Shown piece after piece: positions 1 through 8,543 of a stretch of DNA of 61,029 nucleotides. The notes beneath the pieces were generated by a model that was not told the origin of the DNA, searched no databases, and saw nothing but the letters and a program-made list of their open reading frames with translations. Source of the stretch: Deltaproteobacteria bacterium (lineage in GTDB: Bacteria; Myxococcota_A; UBA9042; PHBI01). Made by a program: the position numbers and the translations under genes. The stretch lies in NCBI GenBank assembly GCA_006226565.1, contig SBGO01000027.1:1-61029 (forward strand). Direction: 5' to 3'. Positions within the stretch are counted from its first letter, which is position 1. Every line of letters starts with the position of its first letter.

Positions 1-161
1 ATGGGGGAGGTCGCGGCGGCGTCCGCGCCCGCAGCGCCGGTCTCGCCGTCGGTCGGCGCGCGCTCTCCGCGGCACGCGACGAGCGCCAGCGTCAGGACCA
101 CCGCGAGGTGGGCCGGGCCGGGAGCGCGTCGGGCGGGAGGAGCACGGAACACCCGGAGCAT
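1..161 (-). CDS. Putative lipoprotein, N-terminal fragment (runs off the window)
   Basis: Not in the ORF track. Manual translation from ATG at 161 gives MLRVFRAPPARRAPGPAHLAVVLTLALVAC-RGERAPTDGETGAAGADAAATSP: basic N-region, hydrophobic stretch, LVAC lipobox and Ala/Asp linker. It follows the kinase gene on the same strand. Confidence 0.6.
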   Translation of the reverse strand, partial: MLRVFRAPPARRAPGPAHLAVVLTLALVACRGERAPTDGETGAAGADAAATSP

Positions 162-211
162 GGTGCCGCCCGGGGCGTCGCGCGTCGAGCCCGAACGGGG
201 CGCGGCGCTCC

Positions 212-2566
212 TCAGGCCTCGCACAGCCGGGTGATCGCCTCGGTCAGCTGGTGCAGATCGAAGGGCTTGGCGAGCAGAGCCACGCGATCGTGGGCCAGGA
301 GCCGGGCCGTCAGCTCCTCGTCCTGGTGGGCGGTGCACAGGAGGATCGGGAGGTCGGGCGCCAGCGCGCGGAGGTGGCCGAACGCCGTCGCGCCATCCAT
401 CACCGGCATGATCATGTCGAGCACGACCACCGTGAACTCGTCCGGGCCCGCGGCGAGGGTGTCCACGGCCTCGAGGCCGTTGGTCGCCTGCCGGACCCGA
501 TAGCCGACCCGCTCGAGGAGGCGCGAGGTGCTGAGGCGCACGCTCGGCTCGTCGTCGACCAGCAGGACGGTCCCTGCGCGCCGCGGCTCGGCGCCGGCGC
601 TCGGGCCGGCCGGGGTCGGACGCGCGGGGGGCGTCGCGTCGGAGGCCGGAAAGAGCATCGTGATGGTCGTGCCGCCCCCGACCCGGCTCGCGATCTCGAG
701 AGCCCCGCCGTGCGCGCGCACCGTGCCGTAGGCCATCGAGAGGCCGAGCCCGGTCCCGTGGCCGGCCGGCTTGGTCGTGTAGAACGGCTCCGTCGCACGC
801 CGTGCCGTCTCGTCGTCCATCCCGACGCCGTCGTCGACGACCTGGACCGCCACGTAGCGGCCGGGGGCGATGTCGTCGGGCCGGGCGTCCCGCTCGCCGA
901 GCTCGCGGGTGAAGGTGCGGATCTCGACCGAGCCGCCGCTCCGCCCGACCGCGTCGACGGCGTTCAGCGCGAGGTTCAGGAGGGCCTGGCTGAGCTGCGA
1001 GGGGTCCCCCTCGATGACCGCGGACGCGGCCTCGAGGGAGGTGGTGACGCGGACGGCCTTCGGGATCGTGCGCTCGAGCATGGCCGCGGTCTGCTGCGCC
1101 AGGCTGTCGAGCTGGGTCGGCTCGGTCCGGTAGCGCCCCTTGCGGGCGAAGCCGAGGAGGTTGCGCGTCAGGTCCGCCCCGCGGCGGCTCGCGGTCATCA
1201 GCTCGTGGACGAGCTCGGCCGCCGTGCCCCCCGCGGGCAGCTGGTCGACGAGGAGGCTGGCCAGCCCCGTGACGGTCGCGAGGACGTTGTTCATGTCGTG
1301 GGCGACGCCGCCGGCGAGCTTTCCGAGCGCCTCGAGCTTCTGGGACTGCTGCAGGCGCTGCTCGAGGATGCGTCGCTCGGTCTCCGCGGCGCGTGCGTCG
1401 GTGATGTCGTGCCCGACCGCCAGCAGCGTGTCGGCGCCGAGCCCGGCCTCGCTGAGGAGGCGGTAGTGCCAGACGACCTCGCGGACGCCGCGCCGACGCG
1501 TGGCGACGCACCCGTGGCGCCCCTGCTCGGGCTCGCCGGCGAAGGCCCGGAGCAGCGCCCGCCGCTCCTCTTCGTGCGACGTCACGGGGAACAGCTCGAG
1601 ACCGTCCCGGCCGCGCGCCGTCGCGTCGTCCCAGCCGACGAGCTCGACGCCGAAGCGGTTGAAGCGGACCACGGTCAGGTCCCGGTCGAGCACGACGACG
1701 ATGGCGTGGGTCGCGTCGATGACGAGCTCGGCGAAGTCCCGCTCCTGGCGCAGCGCCTCCTGGGCGCGTCGCGCCTCGCTGATGTCGTAGCTCAGCACCA
1801 TGATGCCGACGGTGCGGCCGTCCGCGTCGAGGTCCGGGACGTAGTTGACGCGCGTCCACACCGGGCCGTCGACGAGCTTGAAGGTGTTCTCGTAGTGCGT
1901 CGCGCGGCCCGCGCGCACCTCGTCGATGAAGGGCAGGGCGAAGCGGTAGTTCGCGTCGCCGATGATGTCCCGGATGTGGCGCCCCTCGATGGTTTCCCGG
2001 GGCCGTCCGAAGCCGACCTCGAAGCTCCGGTTCACGAAGCGGTAGACGAGATCGTCGGCGTCCACGTAGGCGATGAAGCCGGGGATGTTGTCGGTGAGCA
2101 GGCGCAGGAAGCTCTCGCTCTTGCGGCGCTGCTCGTCCGCGAGGAGGTGCGCCGTCACGTCGCGCGCGACGACCGCCCAGCGCTTGGGCGCGCTCGGCGT
2201 CGCCTCCGCCGTGAAGCCGACCAGCCGTCGCCGCTGACCGGGCCCGCGTCGCGGCGAGAGGAGACAGCCGATGTCGAGCGCGTCGTCGTCGCGGAGAAAG
2301 GACGTCCAGGCCGCCGCCACGGCTGCGCGGTCCTCGGCGGCGACCGAGGCGAGCCAGCCGTCCGGGGTCACCGGCGTCCCGAACAGCGCCTCGAAGGCCG
2401 GGTTCGCGTAGACGAGCGTGGGCGCTCCCGCCGTGTCGACACCGACGACCCAGATGGCGTCGCCGGTGTGCTCCGCGAGCAGTCGAAAGACACGTTCGTC
2501 GTCGAGATGCACCGTGCTCTCCCGTGGCCGCGCAACCCGCGGACCAGCTCTACGATACTCCACCAT
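212..2566 (-). CDS. Hybrid sensor histidine kinase/response regulator with three PAS domains
   Basis: C-terminal part of ORF 212..4552. Three PAS-like repeats, H-box VAHDMNNVL, N-box LLNLALNAVDA, DDGVGM, FYTTK..G.GTGLGL, and receiver VLLVDD...LDMIMP. Start is 2566 (ATG) or 2512 (GTG), uncertain. Confidence 0.9.
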   Translation of the reverse strand: MVEYRRAGPRVARPRESTVHLDDERVFRLLAEHTGDAIWVVGVDTAGAPTLVYANPAFEALFGTPVTPDGWLASVAAEDRAAVAAAWTSFLRDDDALDIGCLLSPRRGPGQRRRLVGFTAEATPSAPKRWAVVARDVTAHLLADEQRRKSESFLRLLTDNIPGFIAYVDADDLVYRFVNRSFEVGFGRPRETIEGRHIRDIIGDANYRFALPFIDEVRAGRATHYENTFKLVDGPVWTRVNYVPDLDADGRTVGIMVLSYDISEARRAQEALRQERDFAELVIDATHAIVVVLDRDLTVVRFNRFGVELVGWDDATARGRDGLELFPVTSHEEERRALLRAFAGEPEQGRHGCVATRRRGVREVVWHYRLLSEAGLGADTLLAVGHDITDARAAETERRILEQRLQQSQKLEALGKLAGGVAHDMNNVLATVTGLASLLVDQLPAGGTAAELVHELMTASRRGADLTRNLLGFARKGRYRTEPTQLDSLAQQTAAMLERTIPKAVRVTTSLEAASAVIEGDPSQLSQALLNLALNAVDAVGRSGGSVEIRTFTRELGERDARPDDIAPGRYVAVQVVDDGVGMDDETARRATEPFYTTKPAGHGTGLGLSMAYGTVRAHGGALEIASRVGGGTTITMLFPASDATPPARPTPAGPSAGAEPRRAGTVLLVDDEPSVRLSTSRLLERVGYRVRQATNGLEAVDTLAAGPDEFTVVVLDMIMPVMDGATAFGHLRALAPDLPILLCTAHQDEELTARLLAHDRVALLAKPFDLHQLTEAITRLCEA

Positions 2567-2692
2567 CTCGCAACGCGGTAGGGCGCTGGAGGTGGCGCTA
2601 CGCCGATGAGTGGAGGAGGTGGGACTCGACACCCGGCGGCCGGGTGAGCCGGTCCCCTTGTCCGTCGCGACGCGGCCCGCCATACTTCCGGC

Positions 2693-3949
2693 GTGATTCC
2701 ACAAATCGGCCGCTGGGTGAGCGTCCCGCCCGAGGGGGAGCTCGCCGAACTGTGTACCCGTCGGGACGACGCCGAGGTCGACCCGGCCTCGGTCGGCATG
2801 ACCCAGGACGACGTCGAGACCGTCTGGGCGCGCGCCGTCGACCTCTACCGGAGCCGCACCCAGCCCGCCGTCGCGCTCTGCCTGCGCCATCGCGGGCGCG
2901 TCGTGCTCGACCGAGCCATCGGCCATGCGCGCGGCAACGCCCCGGGGGAGCTCGGCGTCCCGCAGGTGCCGGTCACGCCCGACACGCCGTTCTGCATCTT
3001 CTCCGCGTCCAAGGCGGTCACGGCGCTGCTCATGCACGAGCTCGACGCCCGCGACCGGCTGCGCCTCGACGACCCGGTCGTCGAGTACATCCCGGAGTTC
3101 GGCGCCCACCGGAAGGAGTGGGTCACCCTCCGGCACCTCCTCAACCATCGCGCCGGGATCCCGACGGTCCCCGACCGCTACGCGCCGCTCGAGCTGGCCC
3201 ACGACTGGGACCGCGTGGTGGAGCTCCTCTGTGAGCAGCGGCCCGTCAGCGCCGCCGGGCGTCGGCTGGCCTATCACGCCATCAGCGCCGGCTTCATCCT
3301 CGGCGAGGCGGCGCGGCGCGCGACCGGCGAGCGGATCGAGGACCTGCTCCAGGACATCGTCAGCCGCCCGCTCGGGCTCGATCTCGGCTACGGCGTCGCC
3401 CCGGAGCGCATCGACAGCGTCGCACAGAACGCCTTCACCGGCCTCCCGGTCCCGTTCCCGATCTCGCGCATCATCCGGCGCTCGCTCGGCCTGCCGATGG
3501 CGGCCGCGGTCGAGGCCTCGAACGATCCGCGCTTCCTGACCTCGGTGATCCCGTCCGGCAACATCATCACGACCGCGAACGGCCTCTCGCGCTTCTTCCA
3601 GCTGCTGCTCGACGAGGGCGCGGCCGGCGCCGCCCAGATCCTCGACCGCCGGGCCGTCCGGCGGGCGCGGGTCGAGTCCACCTACTTCGAGCTCGACCTC
3701 ACCCTCGGGATCCCCATCCGCTACGGCCAGGGGCTGATGCTCGGCGCGCGCCCGTTCAGCATGTACGGGCCCGGGACGCGCCAGGCCTTCGGCCACTACG
3801 GCTTCATCAACGTCATCGGCTGGGCCGACCCCGAGCGCGCGCTCGCCGGGGCCCTCCTGACGAGTGGCAAGCCCATCGTCGCCGACCACCTTCGGCCGCT
3901 GTGGAACCTCCTCGGGGCGATCGCGCGGCGCGTGCCCCGGGCGGCCTAG
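2693..3949 (+). CDS. Serine hydrolase, beta-lactamase/esterase (AmpC-like) family
   Basis: FCIFSASK (SxxK), LRHLLNHRAGIP, LAYHA, FGHYGF..GWADPER motifs. Confidence 0.85.
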   Translation: MIPQIGRWVSVPPEGELAELCTRRDDAEVDPASVGMTQDDVETVWARAVDLYRSRTQPAVALCLRHRGRVVLDRAIGHARGNAPGELGVPQVPVTPDTPFCIFSASKAVTALLMHELDARDRLRLDDPVVEYIPEFGAHRKEWVTLRHLLNHRAGIPTVPDRYAPLELAHDWDRVVELLCEQRPVSAAGRRLAYHAISAGFILGEAARRATGERIEDLLQDIVSRPLGLDLGYGVAPERIDSVAQNAFTGLPVPFPISRIIRRSLGLPMAAAVEASNDPRFLTSVIPSGNIITTANGLSRFFQLLLDEGAAGAAQILDRRAVRRARVESTYFELDLTLGIPIRYGQGLMLGARPFSMYGPGTRQAFGHYGFINVIGWADPERALAGALLTSGKPIVADHLRPLWNLLGAIARRVPRAA

Positions 3950-4476
3950 AAGTCCTCGGCGATGAGCAGCAAGGGCGCGACGAGCAGGCGCAGCAGGTCG
4001 ACCCCGGCGGTCACCCGGAGGTCGTGCTCGGCGCCGTCGTTCCCGCTGAGGAGCTGGTAGCCGGCCTCCACGCGGAAGACGCCGTACCAGAGGTCCGTGC
4101 CGACGACCGCGCGCACGCCGCCCCCGAAGTCGCCGTCGACCGAGCCGAGCACCCCGCGGAGCCCGACCGTGGCGCCGAAGTAGCGGCTCGGGAGGACGCC
4201 CAGGTCGGCGCCGATGACGAAGAGGTGCGTGTCCCCGCCGCCCTCGAAGCCGTAGCCGACCAACAGGGCCATCGTGAGCTCGTCGTCGAAGTTCATCAGC
4301 TGGACGTTCGGCAGCACGTCCACGGCCCCCACGGCGTCGCGCTCGGGGTCGACGTGCCACACGGCGCCGCCGGTGACCCGGATCCCGGGCAGCGGGAAGA
4401 CGCCGTCGGCGTGCGCAGGGGGGGCGGCGGCGACGAGGGCGAGGACGACGAGCGGGAGAGCGGCGCTGCGCAGCAT
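3946..4476 (-). CDS. Exported hypothetical protein, probable small outer-membrane beta-barrel
   Basis: Signal peptide MLRSAALPLVVLALVAAAPPAHA; amphipathic alternating beta-strands; start at ATG 4476. Confidence 0.6.
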   Translation of the reverse strand: MLRSAALPLVVLALVAAAPPAHADGVFPLPGIRVTGGAVWHVDPERDAVGAVDVLPNVQLMNFDDELTMALLVGYGFEGGGDTHLFVIGADLGVLPSRYFGATVGLRGVLGSVDGDFGGGVRAVVGTDLWYGVFRVEAGYQLLSGNDGAEHDLRVTAGVDLLRLLVAPLLLIAEDF

Positions 4477-4543
4477 GGGAACCTTCGTGGCGGGGGAGCT
4501 GCAGCCTAGCACGGGTCCCGAAAAACCGCTTCACGTCCGTGGG

Positions 4544-4573
4544 TTGACCCACCGCAGTTTCGACGCCTACCTT
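4544..4573 (+). promoter_or_regulatory. Sigma70-like promoter candidate
   Basis: TTGACC-N18-TACCTT ending 8 nt before ATG 4582; no Shine-Dalgarno sequence in between. Confidence 0.4.
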
Positions 4574-4581
4574 CCCTCCCC

Positions 4582-6222
4582 ATGACGCGTCACCGGTCCC
4601 TGCTGCTCGCCGCCGTCCTCCTCGTCACGCCCGCGCTCGCGACGGGCTGCCCGAGCGCCACCCCCGAGCCACGCGACGTCGACGCCGCCGGGGTCCACGC
4701 CGGGCCGCGGGACGCGACGCTGCTCCTGATGGCGGACATCCGCGGCGTGCTGCGCCCCTGCGGCTGCACCGTCGACCTGCAGAAGGGCGGCTTCGATCGC
4801 CTCGTGCCGTACCTCGCCAAGGAGCGCGAGCGGTACCCGGACGCGGCGCTCCTTCACGCCGGGCCGATGTTCTTCGAGGACGGATCCGTCGACCCGGACA
4901 AGGCCGCGCAGCGGGTGCGTCAGTCCGAGGTGACGGCGGAGCTCGTGGCGCGCGTGCGCGTCGACATGGCGGCGGCGACCGCGGCCGACGCGGCGGCCTC
5001 GAACGGGAAGCTGAAGGCGCTGGGCGAGGGCGCGCACCTGAAGCTGACCGCGGCCAACCTGAAGCTGGCCGACGGCCCCGAGGTGAGCCCGTACGAGGTC
5101 GAGAACATCGGCGGCGTGCGCGTCGGCGTCTTCGCCCTCGCGTCGCCCGACGAGGCGGAGCACCTCGGCGCGCGCGGGACCATCGAGGACCCGGGGGCGG
5201 CCGCCGAGCGCACGGTCGCGGCGCTGAAGGGGCGGGCGGACGTGGTCGTGCTGCTGAGCGCGCTGGGGCTCCGGAACACCAAGCGCCTCGTCCGGAAGGT
5301 CCCGGGCATCGACTTCGCCGTCGTGGGCGGCATGGGCGAGCACCCCTCGGTCAGCGAGGAGGCCGAGCTGGTCGGGACCACCCGGGTGATGCAGTTCCAC
5401 CGCGAGGGGCGCTTCATCGGGCGTCTGGCGCTGCGCGTGGTCGGCGACGGCCCCTTCGTGGACGCGAGCCAGGCGAGCCCGGCGGAGATCGCGGCGCTGG
5501 ATTCGCGCATCGCGCGGCTGAAGCAGAGCCTGGCCGATTGGGAGGCCCAGGGCGGCGGGACGGACCACGCCATCCGCTCGGCCAAGCACCACCTCGCGAG
5601 CCTCGAGGACGAGCGGGACAAGCTCGCCGCGCGCAAGGTCGAGGTGCCGCGGGACCGCAACAGCTTCTCCTTCACCCTGACGCCGCTGAACTGGGACCTC
5701 CCGCAGGACCCGGACACGCTGGCCCTGATGACCGCGTTCGAGCAGGAGCTCGCGCAGATCAACATCGCCAACGCCGGCACCCTCCCCGAGCCCAAGGAAG
5801 GCGAGCCGTACTACGTCGGCGCGCGGGCGTGCTTCGACTGCCACGAGGGGCCCGAGCGCTTCTGGAAGAACGATCGCCACCACGACGCCTGGAAGACCCT
5901 CGAGGACGACCACAAGACCTTCGACGCGGAGTGCGTGAGCTGCCACGTCACGGGCTACAAGCAGCCTGGCGGGAGCCTCGTCGGGCAGGTCAAGGGCCGC
6001 AAGGCGGTCCAGTGCGAGGCGTGCCACGGGCCGGGCTCGGCCCACCTCAAGGACACGAAGAACCCGGCCCTCATCATCGGCCACCCCACCGCCGAGGTGT
6101 GCCAGAAGTGCCACAACCACCACCACTCGCCGAGCTTCGACTTCTCCGTCTACAAGCCCCGGCTGATGGTGCCCGGCCACGGCTTGCCGCCCCTGCCCGA
6201 GGACGCGCAGGGCGACGACTAG
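4582..6222 (+). CDS. Exported UshA/5'-nucleotidase-like domain fused to a tetraheme c-type cytochrome (c554-like) domain
   Basis: Signal/lipoprotein N-terminus; GVLRPCGC..QKGG motif; coiled-coil insert; four CxxCH motifs (CFDCH, CVSCH, CEACH, CQKCH). Confidence 0.8.
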   Translation: MTRHRSLLLAAVLLVTPALATGCPSATPEPRDVDAAGVHAGPRDATLLLMADIRGVLRPCGCTVDLQKGGFDRLVPYLAKERERYPDAALLHAGPMFFEDGSVDPDKAAQRVRQSEVTAELVARVRVDMAAATAADAAASNGKLKALGEGAHLKLTAANLKLADGPEVSPYEVENIGGVRVGVFALASPDEAEHLGARGTIEDPGAAAERTVAALKGRADVVVLLSALGLRNTKRLVRKVPGIDFAVVGGMGEHPSVSEEAELVGTTRVMQFHREGRFIGRLALRVVGDGPFVDASQASPAEIAALDSRIARLKQSLADWEAQGGGTDHAIRSAKHHLASLEDERDKLAARKVEVPRDRNSFSFTLTPLNWDLPQDPDTLALMTAFEQELAQINIANAGTLPEPKEGEPYYVGARACFDCHEGPERFWKNDRHHDAWKTLEDDHKTFDAECVSCHVTGYKQPGGSLVGQVKGRKAVQCEACHGPGSAHLKDTKNPALIIGHPTAEVCQKCHNHHHSPSFDFSVYKPRLMVPGHGLPPLPEDAQGDD

Positions 6223-6328
6223 ATCAGGGCGTCAGGTCCTCGACGTAGGCCGCCGGGGTGGTCGTCCCGGCCGGCGAGCCGGGAGGGCGGCGGTTGTCCG
6301 TCGCCCGGGACTGGGCTCTACTCCGGCC

Positions 6329-8338
6329 ATGAACGCGATCCCGATGCGCCTCTCCGCCCTGCTGGCCCTCCTGTCGCTCGCCGCGTGCGCGTCCACGCCG
6401 CCGCCGGTGGCGCCGCCGCCCGAGCCGGAGCCCCCCGCGCGGCCGGTCGACCCCAGCGACCCGCCCGAGCGCGACTTCGCCGTCGTGGATGACGGCACGG
6501 TGCGGCTCGAGGCGACCCCCGAGATCCCGGCCGAGGTCCGAGACCGCCTGCGCCAATACCTCAACACGCGCAGCGCGAGCCTCGCCGACGTGGCGCCCGA
6601 CGGGCAGAGCCTGCTGGTGCTCACGCGCTTCGGGGAGACCCGCCAGCTGCACCACGTCGCGAGCATGATGGGGGCGCGGACCCAGCTCACCTTCGGGGAC
6701 GAGCCGGTGGGCGGGGCGAGCTTCTATCCGAACGACCCGGACGCCGTCCTGGTGAAGGCCGACGTGGGCGGCAACGAGCAGCACCAGCTGAGCCGGCTCG
6801 ACCTGAAGACCGGGCGGACGACGCGCCTCACCGACGGCAAGAGCCGCAACCAGACGCCGGTCTGGTCGCGCGCGGGCGACCGCCTGGCGTGGGCCAGCAC
6901 GGCACGCAACGGCAAGGATTTCGACATCTGGGTCGGCGACGGCGTCCACCCCGAGAGCGCGAAGCTCGTCCACGAGGTCTCCGGGCTCTGGTACCCGCTG
7001 GACTGGGCGCCGGGGGACAAGCGGCTGCTCATCGGCCACTACGTGTCGATCAACGAGTCGGAGCTCTTCGTCCTCGACCTCGAGGGCGGCGCGCTGACGC
7101 GGCTCAGCCCCGAGGCGCCGAAGGCGTCCTACCAGTCGGCGGCCTTCGGGCGCGGCGGGGCGACCGTCTACGCGACCAGCGATCGGGACGGCGAGTTCGT
7201 CGTGCTCTACGAGGTCGACGTCGCGAGCGGCGCGTGGAAGCCGCTGACCCAGCACATCCCGTGGGACGTCTCCGAGGTCGCCGTGTCCCCCGACGGTCGC
7301 ACGGTGGCCCTCGTCACCAACGAGGACGGCTTCTCGCAGCTGCGCCTCCTCGACGCCCGGTCGCGCAAGCTGCGCATCGTCGAGGGGATCCCGCGCGGCG
7401 TGATCAGCGGCCTGACCTTCGCGCGGCGCGACGACGTGCTGGCGTTCACGGCGGGCACGCCGACCTCGACCGGCGACGCGTACACGCTGAAGCTCCGGGG
7501 GAACAAGCTGGGCCGGTGGACGGCGAGCGAGATGGGCGGCCTCGACGCCGCGGGCCTGGTCGAGCCGTCGCTCGTGCGCTTCCCGACCTTCGATGACCAC
7601 GACATCCCGGCGATCTACTACCGGCCGAAGGGGGAGGGGCCGTTCCCGGTGCTGGTGAACATCCACGGGGGGCCGGAGTCGCAGGCGCGCCCCTTCTTCA
7701 GCGCCTTGACCCAGTACCTCGTGTCGGAGCGCGGGATCGCCGTGCTCTACCCGAACGTCCGCGGGTCGAACGGCTACGGCAAGAGCTACCTCCTGCTCGA
7801 TAACGGCCGGAAGCGCGAGGACTCGGTCAAGGACATCGGGGCGCTCCTCGACTGGATCGCGGCGCAGCCCGAGCTCGACGCCGGCCGCGTCGGCGTCATG
7901 GGGGGCTCCTACGGCGGCTACATGGTGCTCGCCTCGCTCGTCCACTACGCCGACCGCCTCAAGGCGGGCCTCGACGTGGTGGGGATCTCGAGCTTCGTCA
8001 CCTTCCTCGAGAACACCAGCGCCTACCGCCAGGACCTCCGGCGGGCGGAGTACGGTGACGAGCGGGACCCCGAGATGCGCGCCTTCCTCCAGGACATCTC
8101 GCCGCTGAACCGGGTCGACGCCGTCAAGAGCGCGCTCTTCGTCGCCCAGGGGGCCAACGATCCGCGCGTGCCCGAGGGGGAGGGGCGGCAGATCGTCGAC
8201 GCCGTGCGGGCGACCGGCGCCGACGTCTGGTACATGCTGGCGCGCAACGAGGGGCACGGCTTCGCCAAGAAGGTGAACCGGGACACGCTCTACCTGCTGG
8301 CGGCGCTCTTCTTCGAGAAGCACCTGCTCGGGCCCTGA
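6329..8338 (+). CDS. S9 family peptidase (prolyl oligopeptidase-like), lipoprotein
   Basis: LAAC lipobox, beta-propeller region, IHGGPE, GGSYGG nucleophile, GANDPRV Asp, EGHGF His. Confidence 0.93.
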   Translation: MNAIPMRLSALLALLSLAACASTPPPVAPPPEPEPPARPVDPSDPPERDFAVVDDGTVRLEATPEIPAEVRDRLRQYLNTRSASLADVAPDGQSLLVLTRFGETRQLHHVASMMGARTQLTFGDEPVGGASFYPNDPDAVLVKADVGGNEQHQLSRLDLKTGRTTRLTDGKSRNQTPVWSRAGDRLAWASTARNGKDFDIWVGDGVHPESAKLVHEVSGLWYPLDWAPGDKRLLIGHYVSINESELFVLDLEGGALTRLSPEAPKASYQSAAFGRGGATVYATSDRDGEFVVLYEVDVASGAWKPLTQHIPWDVSEVAVSPDGRTVALVTNEDGFSQLRLLDARSRKLRIVEGIPRGVISGLTFARRDDVLAFTAGTPTSTGDAYTLKLRGNKLGRWTASEMGGLDAAGLVEPSLVRFPTFDDHDIPAIYYRPKGEGPFPVLVNIHGGPESQARPFFSALTQYLVSERGIAVLYPNVRGSNGYGKSYLLLDNGRKREDSVKDIGALLDWIAAQPELDAGRVGVMGGSYGGYMVLASLVHYADRLKAGLDVVGISSFVTFLENTSAYRQDLRRAEYGDERDPEMRAFLQDISPLNRVDAVKSALFVAQGANDPRVPEGEGRQIVDAVRATGADVWYMLARNEGHGFAKKVNRDTLYLLAALFFEKHLLGP

Positions 8339-8393
8339 GCGGGCCTAGAAGCGATGCCGGACAAACGAGCCGCAACGCGCTGAACGAGCACGG

Positions 8394-8500
8394 CTTCTTG
8401 CCACAGAGCGCACGGAGAGCGCGGAGGGGGGAGTGGGTCGCGCGCGACGCTTCGGCTCGAGCCGGCCACACATCCTCTGTGGCCTCCGTGGCGGAAAAAG
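8394..8500. repeat. ~107-bp imperfect palindromic intergenic repeat (copy A)
   Basis: Its reverse complement aligns end to end with 41872..41984. Arms are made of 9-bp CACRGAG-type units. It lies between convergent genes. Confidence 0.85.
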
Positions 8501-8543
8501 TATTCGAGCTCCGCGGGTTGTCCCCGAGTGACGGCCGTTGGGG

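Noticed and set aside
2567-4552. N-terminal 660 aa of the 1446-aa ORF 212..4552
   Set aside because: Arg/Pro-rich shadow overlapping the serine hydrolase and OM protein genes; the kinase begins near 2512-2566.
4753-4770. Selenocysteine recoding in the PCGC motif
   Set aside because: Both codons are TGC; there is no in-frame TGA.
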